Assembly: GCF_008831285.2 (NCBI RefSeq)
Contig: NC_045138.2
Coordinates: 3,286,001-3,350,000 of the forward strand
Source of the DNA: Nymphaea colorata
Taxonomy: Eukaryota
Length of the DNA stretch: 64,000 nucleotides
Direction of reading: 5' to 3'
In this document: positions 37,301 to 49,167 of the stretch, piece by piece
Position numbering within the stretch: the stretch's first letter is position 1
Layout: every line of letters begins with the position of its first letter
The notes under the pieces: model-generated
The model's input: only the letters and a program-made list of their open reading frames with translations
What the model was told of the DNA's origin: nothing
The model's database searches: none
Translations under genes and position numbers: made by a program

Positions 37301-40300
37301 GATCCCACAAGATCTCAGAGGATAGTAGGTATGTGACAGTAACTTAGTTTTACTAGAACTAAAATTGTTTATCCTGACTCCTGAGAATCATGTGTCACAG
37401 TTGATACATGTGCCACGAACTGGGCATATGGATGTTGTAAAAGGAAAACTACAATATCATAAAGGAACTATTTAGATAGACTCTTGTATACACTGTGTCT
37501 TTTACAACAAATGGAGGACATAGTGTTATTGCTTGTATAGATACAAATTCAGCCAGTAATCTTAATTACGGAAGGTAAGTGCGACAGTAATGTTATTTTT
37601 GTTGGAAAAAAAATTGATATCTTGGAAGAACAAGAAGCAAAAGGTTGTTGCTAAGTCGGAAACTAAAGCAAGATACGGACCCATCAATATGGGAACAGCT
37701 GAAGTTACATAGTTTAGACATTTGACATTAGGACTTAGTGAAATTATTGTGACATCCATATTGTGTGATAATCACAGTGCCATACAATTGTCATTCCATC
37801 TAATTTTTCATAGCGACACAAAGCACATTAAAATTGATCAGCACTTTATCCACTATAATATTAAGGATAAGGAGATTCAATCTTGTAATGTGCAGATTGA
37901 AAATCCGGTGGTTAATTTGTTCACCAAAGGCCTAATAAAGAACAAATTTTATTTTCTGAAGAACAAATTGTCCATGATTCAGTAAAGAACAAATTTTATT
38001 TTCTGAAGAACAAATTGTCCATGATTCAGCACCATCCACAACTTGAGGTTGGCTACTAACTATTAAGCATCATCGATGGACATGGATTTGTATCCAATTA
38101 GATCAGATGAGTCCAGTCAATGTCCAGTGCTATTAGTTCAGTACCCTTCTTGTCCTTCATGCCATGTCTTCCTTATTCATAATCAATGAAATTTGGTCAC
38201 AATCATCCATGGGAATCATGACCTGTTGCGGCACCCCTCTCTTTCTATATTCTGCAAGTGTCTACCAATACTCACGACTTCTAAGTTCTAACACTTCCTT
38301 CATCACAGTACAAGTCCTTGGCCTTAAAATTGGGTGAAGAAAGCCAGCAGAGAAGAGGTCCATCTTTCTTCATTCAATGCTATTGTACTCTGTAGGGAAA
38401 GGAAAGTACATCCACACAGCCTAACAATAATATACTGCAAGTAAACACCAACACAAGTAACACAAACTGAATATCAGCATGAGTCACTTGAAATCAAACT
38501 GAAATATAAACTTGCACAATTACAAGCACAAGAGGATATAGGCTGAAGTTCTGAACCATCTCAAGATGTGGGCCAGAACAACTACATCATGTTTAACCAC
38601 CAAATCATTTGTGTTTATCTATGTTTTTTAATGTTCCACACAGCCAACATAAATTCCAAATTTCCATGAAAATGTATGTAATCACATTTGAAGAGATTGA
38701 TAATAACTGCCTTGGCTTCAGAATGTCTCATGCTATTTAAGCATAAAATTATTGTTTCTTCAACTTTGGGTCGTTGGTTAGTATTGCAGGCAACCATCAT
38801 CTTAAAATGTGAAATTTATACGTGTAAAAGGCATACTAAATATAGCATTCAGACTCTCTGGATGAAAAAATAAATGCCTAAAAATATAAGTGGAAAACAA
38901 AAAGATAACTCATCGTAGTACGGTCAAGTACTTCAGCACTCATAGATTTGCTTGGATAAAAGGTGCCCAACTACCACTACTCAATCCAATATCCAAAGCA
39001 GAAACAAGTATTCCAGGTTCTACTACCGGCGAGCCATAGCAATTGTGCCCACTAAGGAAACTAAAAGGATTATAGAAATCAGTTCAAATGGAAGATAAAA
39101 ATCTGTTGATAAATGAATCCCAATCTGTTGAACATTACTTGTCAGGTCCTGTTCTATGATCTGGTTTGATCTTGTAGTCCAAATAATCCCGTACCATGAC
39201 GTGTTTGGGATAGTAGCAATTAGTGAAAAAAACACTGAAGAATCATTTCAACCCCAAAAGAAATGTCGACATTAATAGAAATACAGTATAAAATAACCCA
39301 TAAACCATATATAAACAATGTCCACATAATTACCAGAAATGAAGCGTTGGCCCTACCAGCACCATCCCCAAGAATGCAAACAGAAAAGTCCGTTTCAGAT
39401 CCCATGTTGGCACCCGTTCTATCAGTAACTGGCATAACAAAAACAAACTATCATGAGTTTGAACTTTGAACACATGAAAACGGAGCTATCTGCAGTCTGA
39501 AGTGAACTACCTTTTACTCGATAAGTTCTGATCTTGTAATTACTCAACAGCCAGAGGAAGAGAATTTGTTTATATTACAAATGCAGATAATTATTTTATA
39601 TGTTTAGAGCAATGAAACACAAGGGAAAATGCAAGTTCACAACAAGATTTTACAAAATCATTGGATGTGGTCTTAATTTTGAGTCACGATTGTGTTAATA
39701 GGAAACTTCAGAACAGCCAAAAAAGTCCAAGGTACTTTTTTTGGCTCCACCAAAAAGTCAAAAAATATTTATTCCATTTTTTCGCAATAAAAGTTTAAAG
39801 TATTGAAATTAATGGAAGAAACAGAAATATCAAAAAAAGGTCGGTATGCGTTTTCTGCTTCTTTCAGCAACTAAGACAAATACATAATAAAAATGGTAAA
39901 AAGAAAAACTAATTAGTAATCCAAAGGGCATTAATGAGAGTGAGTTGAGAAGCAATCGCAAATAAATCGATAAATGGCACAAAAATCCAAATATGGGTCC
40001 AATCTTTTGTTTGAAAACTTTAGGGTTGACCTGACTGATAGAGTCCCCGATAAATGTTAATAAAGCAGAAGTCAACGCCTTCGTCAACACCGGAGATTCC
40101 TCCAGAAGCCTCAAATACCTTCACAGAAAATAATAAAAACAAATGAATTTTCTTTCAGAAAACACCAATTTGGCCTTCATCAAAGAAGGATTGTTACATA
40201 AAAAATAATAGCAACAATAATAAATGATTCGTCGATCACCAGGAAATAAGCGATGGAGCTTTCCCACCGCTCTCATCCCCACCGCCCTCACCCGAGCCAC

Positions 40301-40679
40301 CGGACCCAGGACCTGAACCCGACCCGCCGAAGCCACCGTTCCCGCCCCCACTGCCGTCATTTGCAACCCTCATAAGCCACCGATAACGAAACCCGTCAGA
40401 GTACCGCCGTCGGAAAGCAGAATCCGGAAGGTTGTACCTCGGAGAAGCGGTTGTGCCCGAACCTCTCGAGATTCTGCCAGGAAATGAGGGGAAGCTGGTC
40501 GAGCTGCCTAGGGCGAAGAAGGAAGCTGGCGAGTTCTTGGAACTCAGGCGACCGGTCGGACTTAGGTTTGAGGTCGAGGGCTGGAGCGAGAGGCCGGCAG
40601 CAGTGAGGTTGCTGCTCCACATCGCTATCGGATGGATGGTCGTGGCCTGCATCAGGGCGTGGGGATGGACGGGGCCCAT
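34343..40679 (-). CDS. Mpv17/PMP22 (PXMP2/4) family membrane protein with a Ser-rich plastid transit-peptide-like N-terminus and Gly-rich linker, 7 coding exons, up to 318 aa
   Basis: Exons (minus strand) 40679-40240, 40118-40031, 39428-39334, 36499-36427, 36339-36247, 36141-36055, 34423-34343. All GT-AG, total 957 nt. Motifs [78 protein letters not shown]. The true start may be a downstream ATG. Confidence 0.9.
35282..36097. repeat. ~410-bp tandem duplication including the 3' half of Mpv17 exon 6 and its donor site
   Basis: Units 35282-35690 and 35691-36097 both start TGGGATGGGG and are colinear. The copy encodes [16 protein letters not shown] versus [16 protein letters not shown] in the real exon. 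Confidence 0.85.
36960..38050 (+). mobile_element. Highly degenerate Ty1/copia RT-RNase H relic in Mpv17 intron 3 (antisense to host)
   Basis: *VDDTVVTGN at about 37028-37057 (YVDD motif with Y changed to stop), [21 protein letters not shown] at about 37614-37676, and CDNHSAI...[14 protein letters not shown]...NLFTKGL (37722-37985). Many stops and frameshifts, plus a ~47-bp tandem duplication at 37937-38029. Confidence 0.85.
39023..39232 (-). pseudogene. ndhG: Nuclear plastid DNA insertion (NUPT): 3' part of chloroplast ndhG
   Basis: The translation [69 protein letters not shown] matches the known NdhG C-terminus. The 5' half is absent. It lies in intron 3 of the Mpv17 gene. Confidence 0.92.
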
Positions 40680-41244
40680 GGCTCTGAGGGGTGGGAAAAA
40701 GAATCGCCCGTCCTCAAGCTGCCCCTGTCTTGTGTTCTATTGGGAGTAAAATGGATCAGTTCAAACGAGGATCCGAGAAGGAATGAGGCATAGATTTGGT
40801 TCGAAAAGTTGTGTTAACTATCGTACAATTTGTCTGCTGAAATTTTTGCACCATCAGAAAATTCGGTAGCATTTGATGACCCTGTAATAATATTCCTGGA
40901 AAAAAGGTTCAAGGAAAATAATTCAGGAAAAAATGCACCAATTCTAATGCTCCAGAATTAAATATCCAGTCTTAAAACTGTGGCTACTTAGTACATGATT
41001 TTTTTTTTTTTTTTGTGGAATTTTTGTCCTACCTTCCGGTTTGGTCATTGAACTTTTGTTGCGAGCGTTGAAAAGTTAACAGGCAAAAAAAATTCCTTCC
41101 AAACTTTAATGCAAGTACTAAAGTTTCATGATAACTCCAAAACTCCCGGTACTGAAGTTTAGGGTTTGTCAAAAAATGAAACTTTTGAACTAAGTGTTTT
41201 ATCTTATTAAATTTCATATATTTCAATGAGCCCTAAACATTTTG

Positions 41245-41245
<1 letters not shown>

Positions 41246-41283
<38 letters not shown>
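41246..41283. repeat. (AT)n microsatellite
   Basis: Direct observation. Confidence 0.95.
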
Positions 41284-41285
<2 letters not shown>

Positions 41286-42202
41286 CGAATGGTGACCTTA
41301 GTTTTTAGAATTACCTAGACAATCTAATATGCACTGTTCTAACATGATTGAAGGTTAAGAGAAAAATAAGGTTAAGAGAAAAATAAAAAAAAAAATATAA
41401 TAAGCATTTTAATTTTTTTTAGTTCTATTGAGCAGTTTGTTCTCTACAATCAGGCCTCAGTTAATTGTCAACCTGTAATCTTCAAGGGGTTGGGGCATTA
41501 GTTCGAGCAAGGTCCCATAAGTGGCAAGTTTTCATTTTAAATTTTTAAACATCAACTCTTTATGCTGCAAAAAGAAGGTTCTTAACACGCAACTTAAAGC
41601 ACGATGAAAATGAGAAGTACCAAAATCCAGCCATTATATCATAAAACTAGAGAAGATTGAATGAAAGTTTCTGCTCTCTTTTATATAATAACATTAAATC
41701 ATCATCCTCCTTGCTCATAAAAAAAAATGGTCAACTAGTAAATGTTCAATAGTTATTTATCTCTCTTTTTTTTAATTGCAATTTATATGATATGTGCACC
41801 TAGTTGGGTTTTTTGGTGTTTCCATTTGAATCTCAAATAATTGATAGATGTTAGGAGCTTCTGGTCGAGGGCAATAGTATTTAAGTTTTTTTATTTTTAA
41901 TGGACAACAATATGAAAATAACAAAAATAGTCATGAGGTACTAATGTAAAAAACAAACTTTTGTGTGTGTTGTGTGGTCAACCGCCCACACATAGCTCAC
42001 GTAACGGCAAGAGAGAGAATGTTTCCCTTCCAATTCCATCCTGGAAGGAGCTGGCCCTTTGAACACTGCAACGGCATCCTCCCACTTTCTTGCTGTACTG
42101 CGTTTTATGCCACCAAGGTCCAGCCCCTAACGGTTACCCTCCACCGCCGCCACCTCCTCCTCCTTACCCTCTATATCTCTGCCACACCTTCCACCGTGTT
42201 CT

Positions 42203-43078
42203 TTGAAGAGCTCCGCTCCGTTTTCCGGCGACCCTCCCACTAGCACCGGAGTTCGAAAGCTACATTTTCGGTCATCCACTGCTCTGCTCAGAGCCCTTGC
42301 TCGTCCGGTTTGTTCCTTTCTGCTCCTTCTCCTGTGTAGCTCGCTCGCCGGAGATATGAAGGAACACCAATACCAAGTAACCGGAAGATCGAGTTGTTGC
42401 CGGTGAGTCGGATAAAATTTTGAGTTTTCACCAAAAATTAGGGACATCTTTTGATATCTTCTTTTATCTAGCGATCAGAAAGAAGGTGGATAAATTGGGA
42501 TATTTTGTTAATGCTCCATGCTGCAGCAAAGCAATCCCGACTTGGTTATCGCGTTTTATCCGGAAAACATCAAACCCTGTGCCTCGATATATTTGAATTC
42601 AAAGTGCTTCGAAGTTGTGAATGTCCAATTTCTTCTCTTCGCCCGCCATTTTTTTTTCAAGATCCAGTCTTGTCTCGTTTTTTCGTGCAAATTGTGCGCT
42701 TCTTAGATTTCGTGCTTCTCCTTTTCTTCCTGTTAGGAGATGATGCAACGAGGACAAATATCGTGATTTTGTGAATCCACGATAATAACGCGACATTTTC
42801 AGCAAATCTTGCTTTCTACAATGTTTTCATTGATTGATTGTAGCATTTGCATTATTTTTATTTTAGTATTTGAAAGCCGCTTGTATCTCATCTTTTCTTT
42901 TAAATAAAAGAGATAACATCTATGAGATTCAATTACTCATCTTTTTTTTTTTAAATAAAAGAGATAACATCCATGAGAATAATTTAATGGTAATTTCAAT
43001 TTTCTTTGTACTACCCAGCTTGCATTGTTAATTATCTTCATTATTTTATTATGTTACAGTAATTTTCCCTCACATTTA
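42203..43078 (+). repeat. Diverged direct duplicate of 29659-30350
   Basis: Same shared blocks as the 29659-30350 copy. Contains a strong donor CG|GTGAGT at 42402/42403. Confidence 0.8.
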
Positions 43079-44476
43079 TGAGAAAAGAACAAGAATAATT
43101 CAAATTTTGGGGTACTAGAATATAGAAACGGTAGAGTAGAAGTTTGGTTTGATTGACGTGTCGGCAAAGAAACCCTCTTCCTTAACGGCCAAAACCAAAG
43201 CTTGAAGTCGCGGCAACCCTACAACGAGCTTGCCACCTCATTTAAAAGGAAATCTCCAATGAAGCCCATGTTTTTGCCTATAATGTTATAAAAGGTACTA
43301 CCTTTTTGAGATTGTCTTACTAGAGGCCATAGAGGCGTGAAGTGAACTTTATGAAAAAAAAAAAAAAAGTTAGCTGATTTTTTTTTTTTTGCGTTCTTGC
43401 TCTCCATCATTAAATTAAGTCCTTGCTTCTTTGGTGATGAGTTATCTTCAACCTCATTAGAAAAAATTACAGAAAAATGAAGACAATAAATTCATTGCTT
43501 AAAATACCAGAAACCTCACTGGAACCCATTTTAGTAACTGTTTTTAAAAAATGTATTTTTAAAATTTTAACCATCTGACGACAATATTTGACACATAGCA
43601 GCATTGATCATTTTTATACACAGATACATCAATGTTATACTAACTTAAAATTATAATTAATTAGTAAAATCATCCATATGAAAACTTATTTGAGAAAAGT
43701 ATAAACAATTAATCTTATAAAAATAAGCATAAAAGTTCTTTTTTTTTTTTTTACATTTTCTATTTCCGTGTCAAAATTAATCAAGCTTATACATTATCTG
43801 ATTTGTTTTTTTTTCAGTTACTATCATTGATATGATATTAACCCTTCTTATAAATCCTTATTTTGACATCATCAGCGCTTTCCAGTCCCTCTCATAATCT
43901 TCCTCTCCCTTGCCATAGTCCATAACTTCTCTCTCTCAAAAGCATTACCTTGTCATTGACGCAATTGAATCCTCACACTATTCTTGGGCCTGATATGACC
44001 GAACCCAAGATTCTTCATGCAGTAAAAAGTTTTTAAGATTTTTTTTTTCCTCAAATTCGTTTACGACTTTTGCCAATTGACAAATTCATGCCGCCTTATT
44101 ATAGATTTTCTTCAAAAGTGGTTTAATTTTAGTCTTTATAATTTTTTTTCCTTTGCATGAAATCAAACACCAGGTGGATAAAATGGCCAATGGAATAGAT
44201 TTTCTTATCAAAAGAGATGTTAAGCGTCCATTTGTCAATTGTAACGGGACAGGCATGAATTTGTCAATTTCTAGAAGTCGGGGATAAATTTAGAAAATGT
44301 TTCTGCTCAGCTCTTGTCCGTTTAAATGGTGTATGTGCTAGATCATCTCTATGTCTCTCGCTGGCGATCGCAGGTCGGAGCTAAAAGCCGGTCATTTTCC
44401 GGCAAGCTAGCCGTCTGATCTCTCACGGGAAGTCCATCTGCTTCTCGGCCGAAGATTTCGGCGTGGGGAAAAAAAG

Positions 44477-45058
44477 ATGGAGCGCACGGGCGGCCGGGCC
44501 AGCCAGAGCGCGGCCTCGACGACGTTCGTTCAGGCGGACACGGGGACCTTCCGCGAGCTGGTTCAGCGGCTGACCGGCCCCTCCAACGAGGCTCGCAAGA
44601 GTCCGCCGGCTCAGCTTCCGGAGTCTAGCGACGCCACCGCGAAGTCCGTGGGAGTGAAGAAGCCGGCGTTCAAGCTGCATGAGCGGCGGCAGAGGACGAA
44701 GATCGAGATCAGGCCCGGTGTTCACGTCAGCAGGGGACCCCTCTTCAACTTGAACCTGCCGGCGGCCACGTCAAGGACCGGAGACTTCCCTTCTCCGCCG
44801 CCCGCCCCAGGCGTGTCTCCCGTAGGCACGTCGTTCTCATCACTGACGCTTGCTGACGGTGAGCTCAACGTCGTCGTCGCCGCCGCCGCCGGCTCTCTGG
44901 CGAGGTCGCCCTCCCTCTCGCCCAGCGAGGAGGAGGAGAAGGCCATCGCGGAGCGGCGGTTCTACCTTCACCCTTCGCCCCGATCCCGAACCGGTTTCGT
45001 CGAGCCCGAACTTCTCACGCTCTTCCCACTGACGTCCCCCAACTCCAAGGAACCCTAA
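44477..45058 (+). CDS. VQ-motif protein (MVQ/VQ31-VQ11-like), intronless CDS, 193 aa
   Basis: TTFVQAD..TFRELVQRLTG (FxxxVQxLTG), KKPAFKLHERR, EEEKAIAERRFYLHPSPRS and EPELLTLFPLTSP are motifs of the MPK3/6-targeted VQ subgroup. Confidence 0.93.
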   Translation: MERTGGRASQSAASTTFVQADTGTFRELVQRLTGPSNEARKSPPAQLPESSDATAKSVGVKKPAFKLHERRQRTKIEIRPGVHVSRGPLFNLNLPAATSRTGDFPSPPPAPGVSPVGTSFSSLTLADGELNVVVAAAAGSLARSPSLSPSEEEEKAIAERRFYLHPSPRSRTGFVEPELLTLFPLTSPNSKEP

Positions 45059-45585
45059 CCCGGAGCGAACCGACCCAATCTAGAGGCTGCCGGACCAGGC
45101 AGCCCGTGCATAAAGAAAAGTAAGCGTAGCACACTTATTCCTCGCCGGAAATTAAACCGACAGGATCTGTAAAGAAACTAAGTTTTGACTGTAAATCAGA
45201 TTTCTTACTTCGATGTCAAAATTATATTCGGTGAAAAAAATGTGTGTGTGCATATTTGCTTGTGTGATAGCGTAATTTATTATGACCGGAGGACAAACTA
45301 GAGAAATCTGGCCTGATTAACTCAAACCACCTAGACAATCTTACTTGATTAGGTACCTCTCTTTGTATATATATATATATATATAAGCCTAATCGTGACT
45401 ATAACATTTCATGGTCACCTAGCCATCTAGCTATGACGGTCTAATTCAATATGATGGATGTAAGTATTTTTGTTATTTAGTATTAGTTTTCATTTTTTCT
45501 TTATTTCTTTCAACCATTCATTTGCATCAAATGGATGGCTTTGATTAAATGGTTGGGTAACTCTACATAGCCAAAAACATCATTC

Positions 45586-45587
<2 letters not shown>

Positions 45588-45638
<51 letters not shown>
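45588..45638. repeat. (AT)n microsatellite
   Basis: Direct observation. Confidence 0.95.
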
Positions 45639-45642
<4 letters not shown>

Positions 45643-48600
45643 AAAAAGAAGGGAAAAATTAGTAGAAAATAATTGTTAGATCATGAACAAAAACCATACG
45701 CTTTAATTTCTTACTAAAAGATTATTTCAAATAAAATATAAACATCTTAATATATCTATGAAAACTATTCGCATGTAAAAACATGTTTCGATGCAAATTG
45801 TTTCTATGAAAAGTGTGGATTTTCTATTGTCAAAATGTTGTTTCTATGGGAGCCATTCATTTTTGCTTATTATAAAACACTATTAAAGTCCAAAACATAA
45901 ACAATTTGATATGTATATTCTTATGATCATATTGATAAGGTTAACTTGCAAAAAAAGTACACAAAGCTACATAATATATATATATATATATATATATATA
46001 GATATTACCATATGATACAAGGCATTGCATGGATATGATTAAATACACTGGCCCATGCACTGAATTGGATGTGCAATGAGAGATCCAATTCAACGAGAGA
46101 CTAGAGCCTCGACAAAGAAATCCAGAAATTATATATATCGAAGAATTGAATGTCAACTGAACTGAATAGTCTAACTCTACAGAGATAAAATACACACAAA
46201 TTGATACATAAGGTAGGACAAGCAGTGCAATCTTTCCAGCGGATAATACTTGACTAGGCATTAGGATTTCTGCAACAAAACTCTTTCCTGCACTGAAATG
46301 GCAAGTAACTTTAGAAACATAGGTTTAAAATATCATAAATGATAATTGATGTAGCTTAAGGCGAGCCAAGCAACAAATCAAACAAGTACACAATAAATTC
46401 TTTGGAGGACATGTTAGTATGACTTTGGAAAGCCACATGAAATGGTGATAAATAACCTCTTGGTAATTTTTGCACCTAAAAAGAAAGAAGTTTCTGCTTG
46501 AAAAAAACTCCTTAAATGATGTCAAAATTTTGACAAGATCCTTCCTCTACTTGTCCTATTCCTTTTATGCAACAGTTCCTTCTGAATGAGAAAAAAATGA
46601 ATACACGGTTTGCTTCTAAACAGGTTTACAACCTAATTTAAAGCTTCTCCCCAAGGCTCCCATTTTTAAAAAATCTCAGGTGTTTTGGTGTCAATGTAAA
46701 TGCAACATCTAACCATGGATAGATATTTTATCCTCAAGATGATGAGAAGCAAGACACTTCTGAAGACCTTCAAGTTGTCAGTGTTAGCAACTTTGACTAG
46801 AAATCTGTACCTAAGAATTATTTCCTAAAACTTCTGAAGATGGTGCATGACTGATCGAGTACAAAGCCAAGCCAGATGTTTCAACTTTCAACCTACTACA
46901 TTCTTTGCATATTTCCTATAAATCAACAAGGCAATGCCTAACTTTGGACCCCAAAATCCAGTATACATTTTGAAAAAGTCAAAGCATGTCCTAAACCACC
47001 TAAATGTAGTAAAGTATGGCTTCAGTAGAAATTTCTTTTAAATAACCTTGTAATTTTTTTTTTTCTCAAACATCAGAGAGACAACATTAATAAGATTTTT
47101 CATAATGTTAACCAAAGGATATACCATGATTCAGATTTCACGTAACTATAATGAGCAAAGTAACAAAAAGGAAAATAGCGAAAGGACAAAGTTGGTCACA
47201 AACATGTTAATTTTAGCAGTTTTGGCTCATATTTTCAAAAACATAAAATTTTTAATTCCTAAAATTCTATTGAGGGAAACCATTTTTCCACCAAATGCGC
47301 AAGAAAAACTTCACCAATAAAAACCCTGAAAATTATGCATGTAATTCAGCAAGTTGGAACATAGAGTGTCAATCTTTTAGTTAATATCTTCCATTGTACA
47401 CATGCACAAACAAATGCAGGTGACAGAAACTTGTATTAATTTTACCTAGTAGATGCACAATAAACAAGATTTCTGTTCTCCAAAACACCATCCATTTGGA
47501 GGCACTCAACCTGCACTAAGAAATAAAAATATATGATGCATGATTCCCATCTTTTTTGGAATATCAATATCACTCGATGAATAGCGAAGCAGAAGGCGAG
47601 CAATGAATTAAGACATATATGTATATACATACATACATACATACACACACACATATATATATATATCACTACCGCATATATCATGCACAGCAGCACATGT
47701 ATTATACGGTGAGGAATTTGTCGGGTATAATATGGCAAAGTGGTATATCTCAAGAAAATCTTGGTAAATTTTTAAAAATTTTAAAACATTTAATGAAATC
47801 TGAAAATTATAAAAATAACAAAATAATAAAAAATAAATAAAAAATAAAAAAATGTGTATAATATGTGTTTTTTCTACATTTTTTATTTTTTTGGCATTTA
47901 AAAAAAAAACGCATCTAATTGTCGTTTTATACAGCTGACTTATTTCTCACATATTATATGTGTTTTTTTTCGAATAATACGTGTTTTCTGTGGCAATGAT
48001 ATATTTTTACCCGCATATGCAACTAGATCGCTGAAATCAAGAAACGTAAAAAATTAACCGTTTCGTTAATTTGCAAGGAGAAGTCGCCGAAATGAAGTAT
48101 ATACCAATGCTTTGAATATATTAACGTGGAAACCAGAAACTAGCATGTCCCGACCTATCCAAAAGAACTAGAAGAAGATGATAAAGGAGGTCTCTTTTCT
48201 CTCAATAAGAAAGCTAATCATAACAACATGAAGCTCATCAAATTTCTAGTCAGGGAAAGCGACTAACCGCGAATGCGATTACTTTATTGTCCTTCCTGGC
48301 AAAATAAAGGAAATCTGCTTGAACTTGGCAGCAAGCTATGGTTTAACAGGTCCTTTATTTTGAATAAGTAACGCGATCGCTAACAATCGTGTACATCTCT
48401 AATTTTTCCATCTAAGTAGCCATCAGGGCTACTTTGAGTCAAACTGTTTAAGATATGTGTGTGTGTGCTGCTAGCTCTCTTTGGATGTTAAAAATCCGTT
48501 TGATCAGAGACTCAACAAAATAATGGTTGGTTGGTCACTGTTGCAACATTGGGCCCTCACCAGCAAAATGGAAGAGGTATGCAAGCTATCCTAATAATTA

Positions 48601-49140
48601 ATTAGTGAAGAAATTTTGAGGGATATACATCTTACATTTTTTTCAGCTATGTTGAAGGCATCCTTATGGCTGATGTGACGGTTACATGTTTTTATCCTTT
48701 GGATCTCTTCCCTGCAAGGCACGTATGCCGCTTACTTACAAACGCCTTCGGGCATCCCTTGAAAAGAATGATGGTTAACCGTGCAACACATATGATAAGG
48801 ATGTCATCATTATGAAAAGGATCGTTTGCAAATATGGTGGCAAAGATCAAGACGATGGATTATGAAAACAGTTACGAGCACAAATCAAGGAACCGTTTTG
48901 TCGATAATGAATATCTTGTAACAACCCTTTAAAATAAGGAGTTATCTCAGTTGTAATGCCTATATATAAGAGATTGACATACTTTATCAATTTCAAAGCC
49001 GATGTCCTTCCGTGGATAAATAAAATTACTCCACTCTTTTATATTTTTTATCATCCTTATCTGGTGAGCCCCAATTAAAGCACAAGAACTCGTGTCCCAA
49101 CCCCTCCCTTCCTTTCTCTGATCTCCTTTAATCCCAATCC

Positions 49141-49167
49141 TAGGGTTTAGGGTTTAGGGTTTAGGGT
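49141..49167 (+). repeat. Interstitial plant telomeric repeat (TTTAGGG), about 4 units
   Basis: TAGGG TTTAGGG TTTAGGG TTTAGGG T. Confidence 0.9.

Noticed and set aside
39023..39334. In-frame Mpv17-NdhG fusion by splicing exon 3 to the NUPT
   Set aside because: Exon 3 ends in phase 2, so the available AG puts ndhG out of frame.
48650..49060. Solo LTR (starts TGTTGAAG, has TATA- and AATAAA-like signals)
   Set aside because: No clear CA end with matching TSD could be defined, so it is left uncalled.
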